DNA of 64,000 nucleotides from Escherichia phage P479: sequence record MW269952.1; one strand, 5' to 3'. Shown piece by piece: positions 61,344 to 64,000 of this stretch (position 1 is its first letter; each line of letters starts with the position of its first letter). The notes under the pieces were generated by a model. It saw only the letters and a program-made list of their open reading frames with translations, ran no database searches and was not told where the DNA came from. The position numbers and the translations under genes were made by a program.

Positions 61344-62030
61344 ATGAACGGTCCGAAAACTTTTAATTCTAAAGCTCGTGCAGTAGGCGGATTTGCAGGT
61401 CATATTTCTAATGATGATATTAAAAACGAGCCTATGTTCTTTAACTGTGATTTGAATTTTGCTGCACAAAATGGCGGTCCTATTACTCGTAGCTTTATTA
61501 CTAATCTCCCTGATGAGTGGAAAGCCGTTGAATGTGTATTTGATTCCCGTGTACACATGTTAATGCCTGGCTGGTACCCTGCAATTCCAGGCTTCCACCA
61601 TGATGATGTACCACGTCCGGATATTCCGGTCGGTCAACACTTTATTACCGCAGGGCAACCTGATTATGATAATCCTCGATACCATTCTGAACATATTCTT
61701 GGTCTTGTTAACGCTGATGTGTGTCCTACTCATTTTGCAACCGGAACTGCCCAATTTAGTCAGATTCCTGAAGGCGAACTTATCTATCGCCAGTGGCATA
61801 AAGAAGTTCTGGAAAAAATTGAGTCCAATGAATTAACCAAGTGGGATGCTCCTGACCGCACGTTGCTCCAGTTTGATTGGCAGACATGGCATACAGGTTC
61901 TCGTGCAGTAAGTAATGGTTGGCGCTGGTTTGGTCGTGTGTCTCGTAATACTGACCGTGTTAAAAAGATTACAAATGAAATCCGCGTTAATGCTCAAGTA
62001 TATCTGGAATTCCCTATGGAGGGCTGGTAA
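61344..62030 (+). CDS. hypothetical 228-aa protein
   Basis: ORF with conserved initiation region; His- and Trp-rich; no family recognised. Confidence 0.45.
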   Translation: MNGPKTFNSKARAVGGFAGHISNDDIKNEPMFFNCDLNFAAQNGGPITRSFITNLPDEWKAVECVFDSRVHMLMPGWYPAIPGFHHDDVPRPDIPVGQHFITAGQPDYDNPRYHSEHILGLVNADVCPTHFATGTAQFSQIPEGELIYRQWHKEVLEKIESNELTKWDAPDRTLLQFDWQTWHTGSRAVSNGWRWFGRVSRNTDRVKKITNEIRVNAQVYLEFPMEGW

Positions 62031-62617
62031 TGGCCCTTTATGAACCCGGTTGTATGGGTGTTGATGTAAACTTCATCCGCCGGGCAGAAAATGCGGGTAT
62101 AATTGTATCAAGAGATGAATTTATGATTACCAAAAAATATTGGGCGAACCTTGATGATGGTGATGAAGGAATCAAGGTGGAAAATGTTGATTGGTCGCGA
62201 TGCAATCGTCATGTGAAAGAGCTTTTAATTAAGGAATATAAAATGGGATACATCATTAATGGACATCAACCAGAACCACTCAAAGAACAGACACCCGACC
62301 CATTAATTTCTTATAGCAAGAAATATGGATTTCGTACCTGGAGTGATGAATTTGATAAATTAATTTGTTCCAGGTTTTATGCCTGGTCTGGAATCTTATT
62401 TTTACCATTCCTGTGGTTTTTCCTGACAGGTAAAAATGAAGCACCTGTAGCTGTAATGGGCGCGTGCTTTTCTACTGCTCTTGCTGGACTTATTGCATCA
62501 TTTTTATGGACTATGATTATTGAAGTACCTTTTCGTATTTCTAAAGTTAAAAAGGTGTACGACGATATCACTAAGAAAAATACATTGAACTCTTTTATTG
62601 AGGAATGCCGTAAATGA
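62030..62617 (+). CDS. protein with soluble N-terminal domain and C-terminal membrane hairpin, ending in the FIEECRK junction motif
   Basis: 195-aa ORF; hydrophobic segments near residues 120-160. Confidence 0.45.
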   Translation: MALYEPGCMGVDVNFIRRAENAGIIVSRDEFMITKKYWANLDDGDEGIKVENVDWSRCNRHVKELLIKEYKMGYIINGHQPEPLKEQTPDPLISYSKKYGFRTWSDEFDKLICSRFYAWSGILFLPFLWFFLTGKNEAPVAVMGACFSTALAGLIASFLWTMIIEVPFRISKVKKVYDDITKKNTLNSFIEECRK

Positions 62618-62850
62618 GTATTGCAATTTATATTAAATCTGAGTCATGTGATTCTTATCTGTATTCCTATGACACCGGAACATCAGAAGAGAAAATCAAA
62701 GAAGATTTAGAAAGCGACTTGGATATGTTCCGACCAATTTCCGATTACATGATTCAAGTTTCTGATAGTGAAAGCCCTTCATTGGAAAATAGACTTGAAT
62801 TTTTAATGAGCGATATTTTTAACCAATCATGGAAACGAGACGATGAGTAA
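62614..62850 (+). CDS. hypothetical acidic small protein
   Basis: 78-aa ORF, ATGA overlap with upstream gene. Confidence 0.4.
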   Translation: MSIAIYIKSESCDSYLYSYDTGTSEEKIKEDLESDLDMFRPISDYMIQVSDSESPSLENRLEFLMSDIFNQSWKRDDE

Positions 62851-63295
62851 GAAAGTGAAAGAATTATCTGCTGGCATTATTTTCATGACCGAAGATAAAG
62901 AGTTATTCATGGGTCGTGTGACCGGTTCTCGTAAACCAGGTATGCCTGCGCACAAATGGGACATCCCTAAGGGTCATGTTGAAGCTGGCGAATCCCCGAT
63001 TGAAGCGGCTATTCGTGAAACCGAAGAAGAAACCGGATTTACCCAATACGACCCGGCATTCTTAAAAGACCTTGGTGAGTTCCGTTATTCAGATAATAAA
63101 AACCTTCACCTGTTTTTGTATACGGTTCCTGTTGAGCATGAACAATTCAGACATAGTAAATGCTCTGCCTATCATACCTTCCCGGATGGCAGTTCGGTCC
63201 CAGAGTTTGATGCATTTGCTCTGATTAAACCGAGCCAATGGCAGTACGTGATGGGCAAATCGATGTACAAGGTACTGACTCAAATTTTCGGATAA
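62843..63295 (+). CDS. nudE: Nudix hydrolase NudE
   Basis: 150 aa; Nudix box GHVEAGESPIEAAIRETEEETGF; immediately upstream of e as in T4. Confidence 0.85.
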   Translation: MSKKVKELSAGIIFMTEDKELFMGRVTGSRKPGMPAHKWDIPKGHVEAGESPIEAAIRETEEETGFTQYDPAFLKDLGEFRYSDNKNLHLFLYTVPVEHEQFRHSKCSAYHTFPDGSSVPEFDAFALIKPSQWQYVMGKSMYKVLTQIFG

Positions 63296-63321
63296 TAAAT
63301 ACCCCTATATAAGGGGGTATT

Positions 63322-63816
63322 ATGAATATATTCGAAATGTTACGCATAGATGAAGGTTGTAAGTTGGATTTGTATAAAGATACTGAAGGCTATTGGACCA
63401 TTGGTATCGGGCAACTGATAACTAAGAACCCATCAAAAGATGTTGCTCGTGCCGAGCTCGACAAGCTTATGGGTCGCGTCTGCAATGGTCGCATAACCCA
63501 GCACGAAGCTGAAACATTGTTTAATCGTTCGGTCGAAAAAGCTAAAGCCGGAATCTTGAGACATCCTGTCTTAAAACCTGTTTATGATGTACTGGATGAA
63601 GTTCGTCGCTGTGCACTCATTAATATGGTATTCCAGATGGGTGTTGCCGGGGTAGCTGGTTTTCCTAAGGGTATGCGATTGCTGAAGGCTAAATCATGGG
63701 AAGCCGCTGCTAAGGAACTGGCCGACTCGAGATGGTATAAAGTCCAGACTCCGAATAGGGCAAAACGAGTTATCGAAACTTTCCGTACCGGAACTTTTGA
63801 CGCATACAAAAGGTAA
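63322..63816 (+). CDS. e: lysozyme (endolysin), T4 gene e
   Basis: 164 aa; [12 protein letters not shown]...[13 protein letters not shown] with catalytic Glu11/Asp20/Thr26 equivalents; collinear with T4 lysozyme. Confidence 0.95.
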   Translation: MNIFEMLRIDEGCKLDLYKDTEGYWTIGIGQLITKNPSKDVARAELDKLMGRVCNGRITQHEAETLFNRSVEKAKAGILRHPVLKPVYDVLDEVRRCALINMVFQMGVAGVAGFPKGMRLLKAKSWEAAAKELADSRWYKVQTPNRAKRVIETFRTGTFDAYKR

Positions 63817-63819
63817 AAT

Positions 63820-64000
63820 ATGAAAACGTATCAAGAATTTTTGGCTGAATCTGTATTAAATGAATCAGATGAAAGCCGCATGGCATTTTTAGCTAAGAAA
63901 GAAGGCTTTGAGTTTACTTCTATTAAAAAAGTTAATGGAACTTCATTTAAAGTTGGTGATTGGACCTTTGGTAACAAAGGAAATGGCCAGTGGCAAATTG
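63820..64000 (+). CDS. ipIII: internal protein III-like gene (partial; continues beyond window end)
   Basis: N-terminal capsid targeting sequence MKTYQEFLAE; located directly after e as ipIII is in T4. Confidence 0.6.
   Translation, partial: MKTYQEFLAESVLNESDESRMAFLAKKEGFEFTSIKKVNGTSFKVGDWTFGNKGNGQWQI

Overview
This window is a T4-like (Tevenvirinae-type) myovirus genome segment, collinear with the phage T4 map from gene 54 to gene e/ipIII but in reverse orientation. Calls rest on ORF size, order and recognisable sequence motifs read by eye; no database search was run. Minus strand (about 1-45.6 kb) carries the late morphogenesis block: baseplate hub genes 54-48-29-28-27-51, then 24, 23 (major capsid), 22, 21, 68, 67, 20 (portal), 19, 18, 17/16 (terminase), 15, 14, 13, wac, 12, 11, 10, 9, 8, 7, 6, 5.4, 5.1, 5, 53, plus uvsW and uvsW.1. 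Plus strand carries 26, 25, uvsY, inh, hoc, rnlB, then 4, 2, 3, 1, 57A, 57B, and from 50.2 to 62.8 kb a hyperplastic early region of about 35 small ORFs ending in nudE, e (lysozyme) and the start of an ipIII-like gene. Four freestanding homing endonuclease genes (two HNH, two GIY-YIG) interrupt otherwise T4-like gene junctions. Two adjacent tRNA genes (anticodons CAT and TCT) are followed by a structured non-coding stretch. The most interesting material is in the hyperplastic region: a tandem array of four genes with internal-protein capsid-targeting N-termini, a tandem array of four acidic small proteins all ending in W-x-S-S-x-x-C, and repeated promoter-plus-stem-loop and gene-junction modules suggesting cassette shuffling. 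Where I give a start different from the ORF track, it is an internal ATG chosen by alignment to the T4 N-terminus and/or a Shine-Dalgarno sequence.
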